DNA of 63,852 nucleotides, the filler included, from Hausera hauseri (Eukaryota), in NCBI GenBank assembly GCA_046269625.1. It is 12 parts of 12 records of this genome, joined end to end, with 100 filler letters (N's around TTAATTAATTAA, not from the genome) between each part and the next. Parts side by side here need not be neighbours in the genome. Positions count along the whole stretch, not along the records: positions 5,533 to 14,271 come from JBJURY010549896.1; positions 14,372 to 19,155 come from JBJURY010436805.1; positions 19,256 to 23,757 come from JBJURY010551451.1; positions 23,858 to 28,746 come from JBJURY010402479.1; 8 more parts are not named here. The stretch is one strand, 5' to 3'. The notes under the pieces are model-generated. The model had not been told where the DNA came from. It was given only the letters and a program-made list of their open reading frames with translations, and did no database searches. Below, in pieces: positions 13,866-26,800 of the stretch (position 1 is the stretch's first letter; each line of letters opens with the position of its first letter). The position numbers were made by a program, and so were the translations under genes.

Positions 13866-14066
13866 TATTTAATGCAATTAGTAAAATAAGTTGGAATTAA
13901 ATCATACCAATTCCATATTAACGAAACGAAACGAAAAAAAATTAATTTCTGCAGAACTAACTCCTCGCTGCACCCTACGGGGTAAAAAGAGGGCATCAGC
14001 AGGGCCATGGGGGTGGTTCCCATGTGCGCTCATTGATGACTTTTATACTAATAATAAAAAAAATAC
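13866..14066 (+). repeat. Dispersed repeat, copy 2 (direct orientation to 6501-6711)
   Basis: Near-identical ~110-bp GC-richer core plus a shared AT-rich 5' part. Confidence 0.9.
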
Positions 14067-14371
14067 AACATGACTAGATGAACCGCACAGAGAAAAAGGC
14101 AATATGTCCATTGGTTCCGAAAAATGTACAATATTTCCCTAATCCCTCTACTCAGCCGTGGTGAGTCTATCGAGTCCATCCGATTCGTCTTATTATTACC
14201 TTTCTAATGATATGTAACTTGACGCCATAGTCACTACGGTTACGAAGTTATTCGGTTTTTTCCCGTTTTCANNNNNNNNNNNNNNNNNNNNNNNNNNNNN
14301 NNNNNNNNNNNNNNNTTAATTAATTAANNNNNNNNNNNNNNNNNNNNNNNNNNNNNNNNNNNNNNNNNNNN

Positions 14372-15682
14372 CTTGCAAACAGACGAATGTTTGAACATTG
14401 CGAAGGTCAAAGAGATCTGTAAGAAGTTTTTACAGAATTAAAGCTGGCTGGTGCAGTTTTATGATGCGGAAATAAACGAGTCGGGATTGTGGAAGGAGTT
14501 GGAAGTTTATATTCCCAATATTGTCAATTGGTAATTGAAGAATCTGACAAAAACTTCAACAGACAGTAGCAAAAAGACCGTTGTTGATATTGAAGAAAAT
14601 ATATGGTCACTATGCTATGGCGTGAAATGTAAAATCGATGTTACACTTCAGTGTAATTATAGAAAAAAATCTTTAATTCCGTTGAAATTAAAAATAGGAA
14701 AAACATCTTTCTCAAACGATCATTCTGTACAAGTTTTGTTGTATATAACGATGCTCAATGAATTGGAGGGATGTGTTAATCAAGGTCAATTATTGTACAT
14801 AAAAGATTGCCAGGAAAAGACGATTGTCTCACAAAGACCTACTACAAAAAGTCTCATTCAGTTACGAAACGAATTGGCAAGGTGTTTGGATAAGTTTGTG
14901 ACAATCAATTTTGCCTATAATCATTGTCTACCTCCAGTTATAAATAATGAGAGATTTTGTTCTAAATGTGAATATTTGTCATTATGTGGTTTGTTCTCCA
15001 GATTATCACATTCTCGAATAACGAAGTGCGATTCCGAACTCATTAAAGGTTCTATCGTAGCCTTATCAGACAAAGAAATTCGTTTCTTTCATTCGTGGTC
15101 TTCGTTGATTATATTAGAATATTTTGCTGAAAATAAAACAGAGGACATTGTCAAAAATATTGTATTGCAAAAATTCGACAAGTGCGTTCGAAATGTCTTG
15201 TTTGAATCTTCTTCTCATGATGGTGTTAATCTGACGATTAATTTCAAATTTTCAGCCGAGTATTTGCCTAAATTTCCGGATGGAAACCCATTAATTGTGA
15301 GTACTGATGATGGTCGTAGAGTTGCTATGTTGATAGCATTTATTGTCGGGCCTGTTACTAGTCATTGCTTATTGGTTACTTCAGATAAACCATTGCCATG
15401 TTCTAGATATACTCCTTTGAGATTTGATTTGTATCACTCCATAAAAATGTCCTTAAATCTGTCGGTGTTGGGATGTCTTATGTCGGAAAATAAGATCAGT
15501 CAGCATTTAAGGAAACTAATTATCTTTGGCGAAAATCCGAAATCAAACTCTACGCTGTCTCGATCTTTATTACAAAAGATCAAGCTGGTTGTACAAAAAT
15601 GCAATAAAGACCAAAGGAATGCCATAGTAACTGCGCTTTTGTCAAATGGTTACACGTTAGTCAAAGGATATCCAGGAACGGA
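14372..15682 (+). pseudogene. DNA2: DNA2 nuclease/helicase fragment, intronless and degenerate
   Basis: DIEENIWSLCYGVKCKIDVT, PLKLKIGK (canonical PLELKTGK), HSVQVLLY, IQLRNELA, Fe-S-type CSKCEYLSLC, and NKDQRNAI...LVKGYPGT broken inside Walker A. Stop codons upstream. Confidence 0.85.
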
Positions 15683-17399
15683 AGACTACATGTATAGTTA
15701 CTTTGATTGAAGATTTTCATATTATGGAGAATATTTTAAAGAAAGTAAATATGGACGTTACATCTATGTATTTAAATGGAAGTGGTATTCGTTCGTCATT
15801 CGACGGGGAAATCAAGGATTTACTGGCCCAATTTCCACGGAACAAATGTCAGGTACCACTTAGACCATTTACGACCAATGTGGACAAATCCACGCGGTAC
15901 CAATGGGTGAAACTAACGCACAATGGGGTAAGTTATGATGTTGTGTATCATTTTGTCGGCATCCTTTTTTATACATCTTTTAAGGATAAATTTTCTTCCA
16001 TGATATTACCATATTTTTTCCTACAGCTGTACAGTCGATTTTTGTTACTACACACAATGTCCGAACCGCGATAGCTACTTACCTACTACTTCACACGAAG
16101 CCACAGAAATCATTATATTCCGTCATTCCCTTTTTCCCCTGTAACTATCGTGATGAAACCTTTTACGGATTTTCAGTCTATGTTAGTACGAAATAACCCA
16201 CTGTATTCTTATATTGTCTTATCCGTATTGCTATCTACCGATGTCTTACAATCATTGCCAACAATCTTTACCTTGTACTATCGTGATAATACGTTCAAGT
16301 ATTACGTTAATGACTAGCTTCGTCCCTTGTTGTCGCTTCGGAACGGATCAATGGCGCACTTTCATAGTTTTCGGGGTACTCCAGTCCCCAAGATTGGAAT
16401 TCACCATTTTATGAAAACATCAGCTCTGTCAACACTTCTGAACATATTAGAATATTGGGGCATTATTACAAACGATAAACTCCGTACATCTCTTCTCCGT
16501 ACATTCTTCACGCTGTTTTTGAACTTCAACTCCGGAAATTTCATTTCTGACTTTCTTACAGTATCACCTTTTGTTGTCGTTAAAATTTCGTTACTCTTTG
16601 AACCGGTGTACCACATTTTTTGCATGGAGGGCTACGTCGTTCCGCTTACTTTACACCTGTACACATTCCACAAAATATTTTACAATTATGGCCCAGTTGT
16701 TAGCTTTCTACCAACATATTTTGTACGTGACGTTGATACTCATAGCGGGCGTTTTTTTGATGACATTGAAAGGTACTCCAAGTTTACAACATTTTGTTCC
16801 ATACTTATTCACTTTTACCCATGTTGGAGTTTTACTACCATGGAAACTTTCGTTAATGCCAAGGAAATTGTGATACCTTCAGACATATTTTATCATCATC
16901 TTGTTTCGCTTTCCACTACCTGGGCTGATACGCCGTTTTGCACCCGTACACACCTAATTTGGAATAAATTGCTCCTTTTTTGACATTTCATTTTTAAATA
17001 ACCGATACATACCTAAATCGAGGTTTATCCCTGACTAGGCCCACCCGAGAGAACTCAGTTTCCCCGGATCTGCCGGTGCGTCACAGTGACCGACTACCCA
17101 ACCGTTTATCCAATGTCAATGAGTCCCATGACTTGATGTGTTCCGTCACCGCACCAACCACTTAGGCTTACACCGACTCTTTCCTTTTTATTCTTTCTCA
17201 ATAATTACCATGTACTCACACACAGAATAACACATCTCATATATGCATCCAACTTGCACAATTATGCATTACAGGTCACCAACATCTCTGACTTTTATCT
17301 CAAATACAACAACCTACCCGTAACTAATGTCAACCTTCGTAATCTTTCTGTTCCTTCAACCTATTGTATCATCATTCACATACATATTCGCATACGTGG

Positions 17400-18757
17400 T
17401 GGAATGGATTCTTCACCACCATCGACATCACTGATAAAATTACCTCTAAAACATCATATTTTGCTTTTCACCAAAAATCGTCGACCGTCACCTAGCCATC
17501 TACTTTTATTAGCTGTACACCTTCCGTTCCGCCAACCAAATACACTTTTTTTCAGTGCACGGAGTATTTTATCAATCGCGAAAAATCCAGCCAAACCTGG
17601 CTTAGCTTTCACAAACTTTGGCTGCAGTCTAACAACATCACTGATCCGCTAAACTAAGCTCATAACCTACTTTGTCTTTTAGCGACAACTGTAAAAACGT
17701 CCATTCATGATTTCCTAGACATCTTACAGCAACCAGATTTATACACCCATCTTTACAGTGCCGTTTTAAAGCTTACCGAACCATCTATGGACTCGATAAT
17801 TCATCAGTTCTTCAAGGACAATGCTATGGAGACGCAAAAACCATCACATTTCCTTAGAACTTCACTCGTTCAACTTCAAACACTTGGCGTGACTAAACAA
17901 CATAACGCCGATCTTTTGCGACGCTACTTTCTGAACGCTTCGCCCATACAAATTTGGGCCTTATTTACTGTCGTCGAAGAATAGACGACACTTGATAAAT
18001 TTGCCGAACTGGCAGACAAAACATACGAAGTTTTGAATGTACACACCCGACCAGTCATTTCTGCAGCCATTACTACCAAAAACGCTACATTCGAACAGCA
18101 TTTAAATCAATTACGAGCCGAAAATGCGGCCCTACAAACAAAAATAAGTAATATTAACAATAAACTGAACGAGATTTCATTGACTCAATGGGGGGGTTTC
18201 ATTCGTGACCGTAACCGTTCAGTATCTCCTGGTCGTTCACCCTCAACTGTACGATCACTGATTTGCTATTTCCACGGTAGGTATGATAATAATGCACAAA
18301 AATGCCACCTACGGTGCAAATTTTATAATCAAGGATATCATACAGATAACGTCATGTGTATATATCATGCAAAATTCCGACATAATGCACGCAAATGCAT
18401 TCCTGGTTGCACTTTAAAAAACAAATCTCATCATGCAAATGACAAAAACACAAACCTCCCTTCTAACAGACGCCCTGTTTCTCCTTTTTCAAAAAACTCA
18501 TTTCGCCGCCAGTACTCATGGCAGAGTCTGGCAAAGGCAACTTCTTTAATACTGCCTGCCGACACTCTTCTTTTGCAATCTTTACACTAAAGGCTTCGAT
18601 AACAACACCAATAACTCAATTCATATATTTCCTCATCGATACAGGCGCTACGGTTTCTTCGCTACCACTCACTTTCCCTGTACAAAATTCACCAATTAAA
18701 GCTAAATCGTTATTGACGGCTTCAGGAGAACCTTTAGGCATTTCCGGTACGTCTAAA
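17400..18757 (+). mobile_element. Degenerate Gypsy (CsRn1/Kabuki-like) gag-protease fragment
   Basis: QKPSHFLR...LLRRYFL...AELADK gag pattern; two CxY/IxxH-type knuckles (ICYFHGRYDNNAQKCHLRC, MCIYHAKFRHNARKCIPGC); protease FLIDTGATVS. Confidence 0.8.
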
Positions 18758-19155
18758 AGTAGGGAGGAAATGTGCTTTCGGTCCCACCCGGACGGGGGGG
18801 TAATCGATCACTCGGTTTTGCACATATGCCGGTAGATAGTGCACACTGTGCACTGCCGATCCACAGAGTGCCTAGCAACGGTGCCGCTAGGCAAGGTTCC
18901 TATGCACATTTTGCACTTTTCATTTATCGATCGCTGCACAGTGACTATTGATCGAATCGATCGGGACAAAGTGGTAATCGATAGACCACATCGAGATGCA
19001 TCGATTCGTGCACAGTGCAAGTGTGTAGCACATGTGCAAGTGTGCAAAACTCAATAATATTGGATTTTCGACATTTTAAAAATCGATCATTAACACTCGG
19101 GACCGGGTGCAATCAGTAGTGCACGTGATGTTGTATGTGAATGTGCAATTAGAAT
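18758..19155 (+). repeat. Palindrome-rich (GTGCAC/ATCGAT) repeat that interrupts the Gypsy protease; homologous to 48570-48687
   Basis: gggtaatcgat...ttttgcacat(a/g)tgccg...gatagtgcacactgtgcac...cgatccaca(g/a)agtgcc is shared between the two contigs. Confidence 0.85.
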
Positions 19156-19255
19156 NNNNNNNNNNNNNNNNNNNNNNNNNNNNNNNNNNNNNNNNNNNNT
19201 TAATTAATTAANNNNNNNNNNNNNNNNNNNNNNNNNNNNNNNNNNNNNNNNNNNN

Positions 19256-22200
19256 CTGGATAACACATTTTAAACAAATTAGCCAACATTTCTTCTTAAA
19301 ATTGACAGTAATTTCAGTTTTTATAAGTTCAACTAAGATGAAAAACTTTAAGATAAAGAAAATAAAAATGTATTCTTGTCAAAGAAACTTTTTGACTACA
19401 CTTTAAATTGAAACACTCAGTTTAAATTAATCATTCTAAATGATTTTATCACACATGGGAAAGGTTTTTAAATATTAAGAGCTGTTTAAACTAATGTGAA
19501 TATCCGTTGATATTTAAAAAATGTTACTAATATAGTTTTGAGTTAAAAGTTAAAGCAAACAAGCTCTTTTCCAACAATTAAATGCTTTATTAGAAGTAAT
19601 TTTCCAGCAATAAAGGTTAACTACACACACCAAAACAGTTAACCCCTCAGAAGTAAAAGCACATTTTAAAGTTAAAACCTAACTTTGATGTTGTTTTGCT
19701 TAAAGATGTAAATAAAAAGTCACAAAAATGACTTTCAGCTCTAAAGAAAATGCAATAGTAACTGATCCAAGCTCCTGAAGGAGGTTACAAGCTACCAAAG
19801 TCTAAATTATCTTTAAGAGCTAGATAAAATAGCACTAGATTATTTATATGAGCAACTATTCTAATTGCTAAATAACATTGTGAGTCCAAATAAATATTCT
19901 AAGAAAAATTTTAGGACATTGTTTATAATAGAATATTTTACGATGATCAATAGGGTATAGGGAATTTGGCTTTGATTTTGGTTTCAGTGTTAAATGAATG
20001 TTTTCACTTTTTATATAATTGAGCGTTTTCTAAAGATCCGTTGTGCAAACCAGGATGCGGGATGGCTCTGTTGAAGGTAAACGCTGATGTTGTCTAAAAT
20101 AGAACTTGTTAACAGATGATTATCTTTGAATCTGGTTTTTTAATATTTGCATTTTGTATTATTTTTCCTTCTCAGCAGTCTGAGAAGACAGAGTTTGTGG
20201 ATCTGGGAGATAAATCTGTAAGCCCACAGAACACACATACATATAGCTTTCACTAGGCTTGCAGCTAAAGCAGACACATACAGCATCTGAGTTTTGCATC
20301 TTGAGCCTCTGGTTTTTGGTTGCCAGAATGGACATCATGTGTACAGGTTGACGCTGAAACTATCAGCCAAGCAATGTGACTTGAAACAACAGCAAAGAAC
20401 TGTCAAGCCAAGCAATGTGACTTTTCTGAGAACTGAAACAACAGCAAAGAACTGTCAAGACTGAAACAACAGCAAAGAACTGTCAAGCAAAGCAATGTGA
20501 CTTTTCTGAGAACTGAAAGAACAGCAAAGAACTGTCAGCCGAACAACAAACTGGAATATGTGCCACTTGAACTTTTATGAAACTGTCCAGATGGGGGCTC
20601 CTGGATTTTGGTCAACAGCAGGATCCAGTCAACTCTCGCTGTATGCTGAGCTATGAACTGCTGCACATAGCTGAACTGGTCTCCAGACAAAGGGGGACAA
20701 CCTGAAGACAGAAAAGCTGGTGGTCCAACTGTCCAAAGTCACTGACGACAACTGCAGTCTGGCGGAGGTGTCAACCCCACATTTGGTCTGTGATGGTCAT
20801 CCAATGACCTTAGTATCATGATCAAAACTGCAGTTTGCTCTGACAATAAACACTCACATAGGCTCATTTTTAAGACGTGCCATAGCATGACACATGATTT
20901 TTAGTGGAATAGTTTAAAACTGATGTGGGTTGCTGGATTACTTTCCCTTTTTCTAATTACTCTGTGATGAAAATTGTTTATTACCTCAAAACCTTATATA
21001 AAGATGAATCATACATTTAACTTTTTGTTTTTACAGGTTAGTCTCATGAGTCACAAAGACTCATTCACAAGAGAAACCTGTACCTGAGACTTGGATGGAT
21101 TGAGTTTGCTAATGTTTTCTAAAGTAAATATATGATTGCCTTTGCTTTTGAAAGAGCTCATTTAGTGGGTCTGGTTTGCTGCAAAGGATGAAATTTATTT
21201 AATGGTTAAATTTTTTGAAGGAAATTATATAAGAACTTGTTTCATATTTAGCTTTATGCTTTTAAAACCTAGATTGGTTATTTGTAGTAGGACTGTTACA
21301 ACCATACCATTTTATTTTTTATATTTCTGAAACTATTACTTGGTAAATTATAGCCTGTAAAACTTAGGTGAAACAGAAAACTGTTTCAAAGGGGGGAGGT
21401 TGAAAACTGTTCTTAGAAATAACTCATAAAAAAAATGTTAACTCATAAAAAGGAAACAGCTCATAAAAGGATTAGATCATTATTTATACAAAAATAACTT
21501 CTTAGGTTTTTATATTCAAAACAAACAACAAAAAGCCAATCTTTAGCCTGAGGCGTTTAAAGAATCATTTAAGATAACCACATTGACATTTATACAAAGG
21601 CCTTATGCAACCTCAAATGAAAAAGGACACATTGTACTGTTTTAGAAAAAGTAGGAGAAATCAGAAGCCTACAAACCACATTGCTCTTGTATTATATCAT
21701 TTAACAAAAGTATTTTCTTTTTCTTCTGTTGAAATGTGTAGATTTCAGAAGCTCACAGGTCCAAAGGGGGACGCCCCTACCTAGCGACCTAGCTAGACAA
21801 CAGGATCAAAACACAGAACCCTGAAGTGGATTTGATCAAAGGTTAATTAGAAATATGGTGGTTCTGTATTTTTAAATACACTTGACTTGACTTGACTGGA
21901 CTTGACTTAAACAAATTATTGGGCTAAAAAGAAAAGGTTTCATGAACAAAGTATTTTAACCACATGTTTTACTACTGATGGACAGGCTTAGTAGTTATGT
22001 TTTGTGAACTCTTTCCTCGTTTCTTTCTCACCAAACAGGTACCTGGAGGGAAGATTAAACTTCTTTTTATTTTCTACAGCTTTATATGCCAATGGTTTGA
22101 AAATTTTATGAATTATATTTTCTGCGCATGCGTTAATGAAATTCCTTCCACAGGCTCCGTGAGGAGGCCAGTATAAGATGTATCATACTAACCCCAATTA

Positions 22201-23757
22201 CAATGACAGGTGCCAAGGAGTATCCCTGAAAACTTTCTTTTACTGATTACTTGTTTTCACTGAAAAATGTATCACTTATTGCTGTGTATTGTTTATTGTG
22301 TTGTGTTGTTTTTTGTGCAGATAACTTTGCTTATTTCAGGTAGATCCATTGAATACAAATGCTTCAAGTGGTGGAGAATGGAACTGGATTACACAGGTAT
22401 CCCTGGAGAAGTCCAGTATATCCTTCATTTCAGGTTCACATTTATAGATGGATGTAAGAATGGAATTTTATTTATGTTTACAAGTACTGTTTTATTATAA
22501 CCATTACAGTGTAAGAGTACACACTAGCAGTAGCTATAATGACCATTAGGGTGCCCAAATAATTAGGAAACAGGTTTTACTCACTATGAGTTAACCAGTC
22601 AGGCCTTTTCCAGGCCCACAAATGGGCCATGGTTTCCACAGATAAAAACAATCAAAAAGGCCATACAGTGTATTTAACAATTCGAAAGCTTTGGTGTCCA
22701 GCTTTTCTCATCAGGAAGGAGAATCCCTGAAGGAGGAGACTGACAACGGACCCCCACACCAGATTGGGCCCTGCTGAATGTGATTAAACGAAGGTGGACA
22801 GGACCCCACCAGGTGGTGGAAAGAACATCACATGCCGTCTAGAACATCACACGCCGTCTGCCTCCAGAGGAAGAGCGACACCTGTTACGGCTACAGCCAG
22901 TGCACCGCTGCAGAGGAGCTGAATCAATCGCTGAGCCAGGTTGAGACTGATCTGGTCGAGCAGAGCACCCCATTTTGTCAGGACAAGTGGCCTGACTACT
23001 CCCACCCCCAGAAAGCCACAATACACCCCCTTCTACCCTACTTTGTCAGGACAAGTGGCCTGATACAAACATAAAGAACTGAACTTATTCTTTATTCCCC
23101 CAAGAAGAAGCAAGAAGACGGACCCACTGACTTAGGGCTCTCCAGCGCACACATGTCACTAGAACTGTTTAAACCATACTGATATAGAGACTTTGACACA
23201 CATGAAGACATCTCCGCGGTCCTAGTGGTTATACCGCTGAGCACCAAACGGACCCCTCACCTGGGAGGGCCTCCCAACTCATCGAAGCGCCGAGACGCCG
23301 AGGGAAAGTGTTGAAAATTGATTATTGTCTTTTATTTGATCATTTTAGGAGTACAAAAAGTTTTTATTAAAAAGGCTAGATTTGTGAAAAGACCCTGTCC
23401 TGAGTTGCCTTCATAGTGATGCTGAGGTGAGCCTGAAAAGGTCGCTGCCAGAGGGGCCTGGGGCGATGGTGTGTTTTCCTTCCACAAGTTTAACATCTGC
23501 CCCGGGGGGGTTTTCCACACCATTCACTCAGAATCCTTATAGACTAAACACTCAGTAGGACAACATGTTATTTACCTATTTTTCTTTTGAAATCAGTTTA
23601 AATGATAAACGGGATGGAGCTGTTGGATGAATTAGACATTGATCATTTAAACTTATATTATTTTATAGTGCTTTGACATAAAGTATCAGCCAGCCTGCTT
23701 CAGTAAGTTTCTGTGTGTGTCATCTCCCACTTATCTAGCACAGGATGTTGTTTGATG
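19256..23757 (+). mobile_element. Vertebrate (fish-type) endogenous retrovirus remnant, mostly non-coding, with an integrase C-terminus and the start of a 3' LTR
   Basis: About 22750-22940 reads PTPDWALLNVIKRRWTGPHQVVERTSHAV.../RTSHAVCLQRKSDTCYGYSQC, like retroviral integrase C-termini. Purine tract gagggaaag is followed by TGTTG at 23309. CpG-poor composition. Confidence 0.65.
20366..20540 (+). repeat. Imperfect tandem repeat
   Basis: gaaa(c/g)aacagcaaagaactgtca four times, interleaved with agcaatgtgactt three times. Confidence 0.9.
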
Positions 23758-23857
23758 NNNNNNNNNNNNNNNNNNNNNNNNNNNNNNNNNNNNNNNNNNN
23801 NTTAATTAATTAANNNNNNNNNNNNNNNNNNNNNNNNNNNNNNNNNNNNNNNNNNNN

Positions 23858-26800
23858 ACGTATGCACCATCGGGGCATCGCGCATTCCGGCATTTTTCAC
23901 ATAGAATATAGCTTCTTTTAGTTTCTGGTGGCTGCAGTATTCTGCTGTAATTAATACCTTGGGGTAGTCTTTACTTGTCGAGTAATGGATGTTTTCTTGT
24001 GATTTTTTTCTTAAATACATTTACTTCAGTAAACATTTGTGTAGAATCGTTTTCTGACTTCCTTCTTGGTGCTGGGATTTTAACTTTTCTCTGAACCTTC
24101 TGGGACTAGATTACATCTACTTCATTTTGTGATTCACTACTCCTAGAATTAGTTTGGGAATATCCCACTGTTTTCTTCTTTTCCTTTTGCGTCTCTCCTT
24201 TCCTTGGAATATGTTTTTTTTTCGGGCGATTTTATTTCCTTTACTGATTTCTTCTGTCCTTTGACTTCTTCACGGTTTCTTTTTTTAAAAAGCTAGTCGT
24301 AAAGTGATTGTTTCCTCTTATTGACAGTGACTGTGGTTTCGGTTTTCTTCTTTTTTGAGTAATTACCCCTTTCACGGTATATTTTGGATTTTTTGGTGTT
24401 TTTATTTGTGGCCTTATCGCTCCTTGTGTGTGTTCGTAGTTTTTGTAATACATCCGTATTGCGAATGTATAAGTGTTTCCATAATTTATGACGTAACATC
24501 TCTCTTGAGCTCCATATGGAAGATCACAATGGATAATCGCCTGCTTATTCGCGTTCCAGAGAACTACTTGGTATTTTACTGCTCTTCTAACGGTTCTGTC
24601 GGTTCCAAATAGAGCACAGCTTCTTATTGGATGTATGCTTCGGATATTGACCTGCTTTAGACCCAAGGGCCAGTAGTATTTGTTTAGTACCCTATCTAAC
24701 GTCTTTTTTCCAGGACATGTGTCCAGCTAAATACGAATCATGTTCATCCATTAAAACTTCTGTTCGTACATTTTTGGTATCGCTACTAGTTTCCTTCTTT
24801 TTCGTTCATAGTACGGCACACTTTCGTTACCTTTGTTTGTGGAAACACAATATTTGTGTCCATGTCGCTGTAAGTGCTTCGTTAACTGGTGACCTTTAGG
24901 CATTACGTCAGTTTCAGCATGCTCAATGATTTGCTGGATAATCTTACTTTTCTTTTGTTCAATCGAGATTTTGACTGCTTTATCTAACGTTAGGATGCGC
25001 TGTAGATTTACGAACTCTTCGAGTTTATTTTTCTTCATTGTCATAATAGCACTCGCTTTTGTCTTGCGCCTTGATAATGCATACGCATCAATATGTTTAG
25101 TACCAGGATTATATTGAAATTCGATATTATACCTCAAAATTTCTTTGATCCATCTATTCAACCAGCATGTAGGGTTATATGCTGGTCTTTTTAAAGTTGT
25201 AACTACTTTGTGGTCCGTAACTATTATTATCCTCTGTCCATATATGTAGACATTTAAGTGTCTTAAGGCTTCTTTCACAACTAACGTTTTTAATTCCGTT
25301 ACTGAATAATTTTTCTCGGCTTTCTTTAAGGAGTGCCCTCCATAAGCGATTGGATGTTCCAGTTCTTCGTCCTCGCGTTTCTGTGCTAACTCATTCTATA
25401 CCTTCTTTACTTGCGTCTGTCTTAATGATAAATAGTAAACTAAAATCGGGGTATCTCAGCACTGGTTCACTAGTTAATATCTTCATCTCGTCGAAAGCTT
25501 TTTGTTCAACGTCTGTAAATTTCCATTTGATACCCTTCTTCAATAATCGGTATAATGGCACATATATTTTTAAATTATCTGGTACATAAGTAGCGTAATA
25601 TCCACATAGGCTTAGCCAATGTCTTAATTCTTTTTGGTTCTGAGGTTCCATACAGTCCGAAATTTTGTTCAATAATGATTTATCTGGTTTTGATCCTCCT
25701 TCGCCAACTATATGACCAAGGTAAAATATGGCATTATGAGCCCATTTACACTTCTTTGGATTTACTTTTAACTCAGCTTGTTCTAATCTCATAAGTGTGT
25801 TTTCCATGTCTTTTAGATGCTCTTTTTCTGTTTTTGATGCTAATATTACGTCGTCTAAGTACGCAAATGCATGCTCGAGTCCCATTAACATTTTTCATCA
25901 TTCTGGTGAAAATAGCTGGATCGGTGGTAATTCCTAACGGCATAACGTTAAATTCATTTACCCCATCTTGAGTTTTAAACGCTGTTTTATAGCGATCCTC
26001 ATCTTCAATTTCTACTTGCCAATATCCGGATTGTAAGTCCCGAATGGCAAACCATTTTGCTCCTAAGAGCCTATCTAGAGCCTCTTTTACGTATGGTAGG
26101 GGAAAAGAATTTTTCATAATAAGAGTATTTAACTCTCTGTAATCGATACAAAACCGATGTTTTGTGGTACCTTTCTTTTTGATCATAAGAATGGGTGAAT
26201 ACCAAGATCTAAAACTTGGCCTAATTATATCGATCTTAAGCATTTGTTCTACTTCCTTAGTTATTTCGGGTCTTAAGGAATGTGGTGCTGGATACCATTT
26301 TGTCATTTTCTGCTCTTCAAGATCAATTTCCTCATTGGAATCAGGCTTTTTCCTAAGTGGTATAGTCAGCTTTAACGCTTTTGCTCGACAGATGTCTTCT
26401 TCGTCCTTTGCAATAATTGACTTATATCGACATAGTAATTCATAAAATTGACAATAGGCTTCTGGTGAGAATTTAGTATCTACGTGCGGTGGAAATTCAG
26501 CATATTTATATGGTTTCTCTTCAACAGTTATTGCTGATACTTTGTAAGTGTGACCCAAAGTAGTGTTAGCGTATAATTTTACTGGAATTTGTGCATTGTT
26601 CACTATTCTGACTAGTATTCGACCAGATGCTACAGGGGTTAATATACTACTCAGTATTATACTTGGGTTTAACGTTTCTCTCGCCTCGAAATATTCTGGT
26701 AAGTCGTTGTCTTGACAGATATGTGCAAATATTAACAATTCCGTTCTAGATGGGATATTTTCTTCAACAGAATCCATACTTCCCCAAATTCTCTTTATTA

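Noticed and set aside
14535-15000. Cas4-like nuclease implying a CRISPR or casposon system with PolB
   Set aside because: It is the nuclease domain of eukaryotic DNA2, followed by helicase sequence. No cas1 or array is present, and it is on a different contig from PolB.
16327-16983. 218-aa plus-strand ORF
   Set aside because: No motifs; likely the antisense shadow of a decayed minus-strand coding region.
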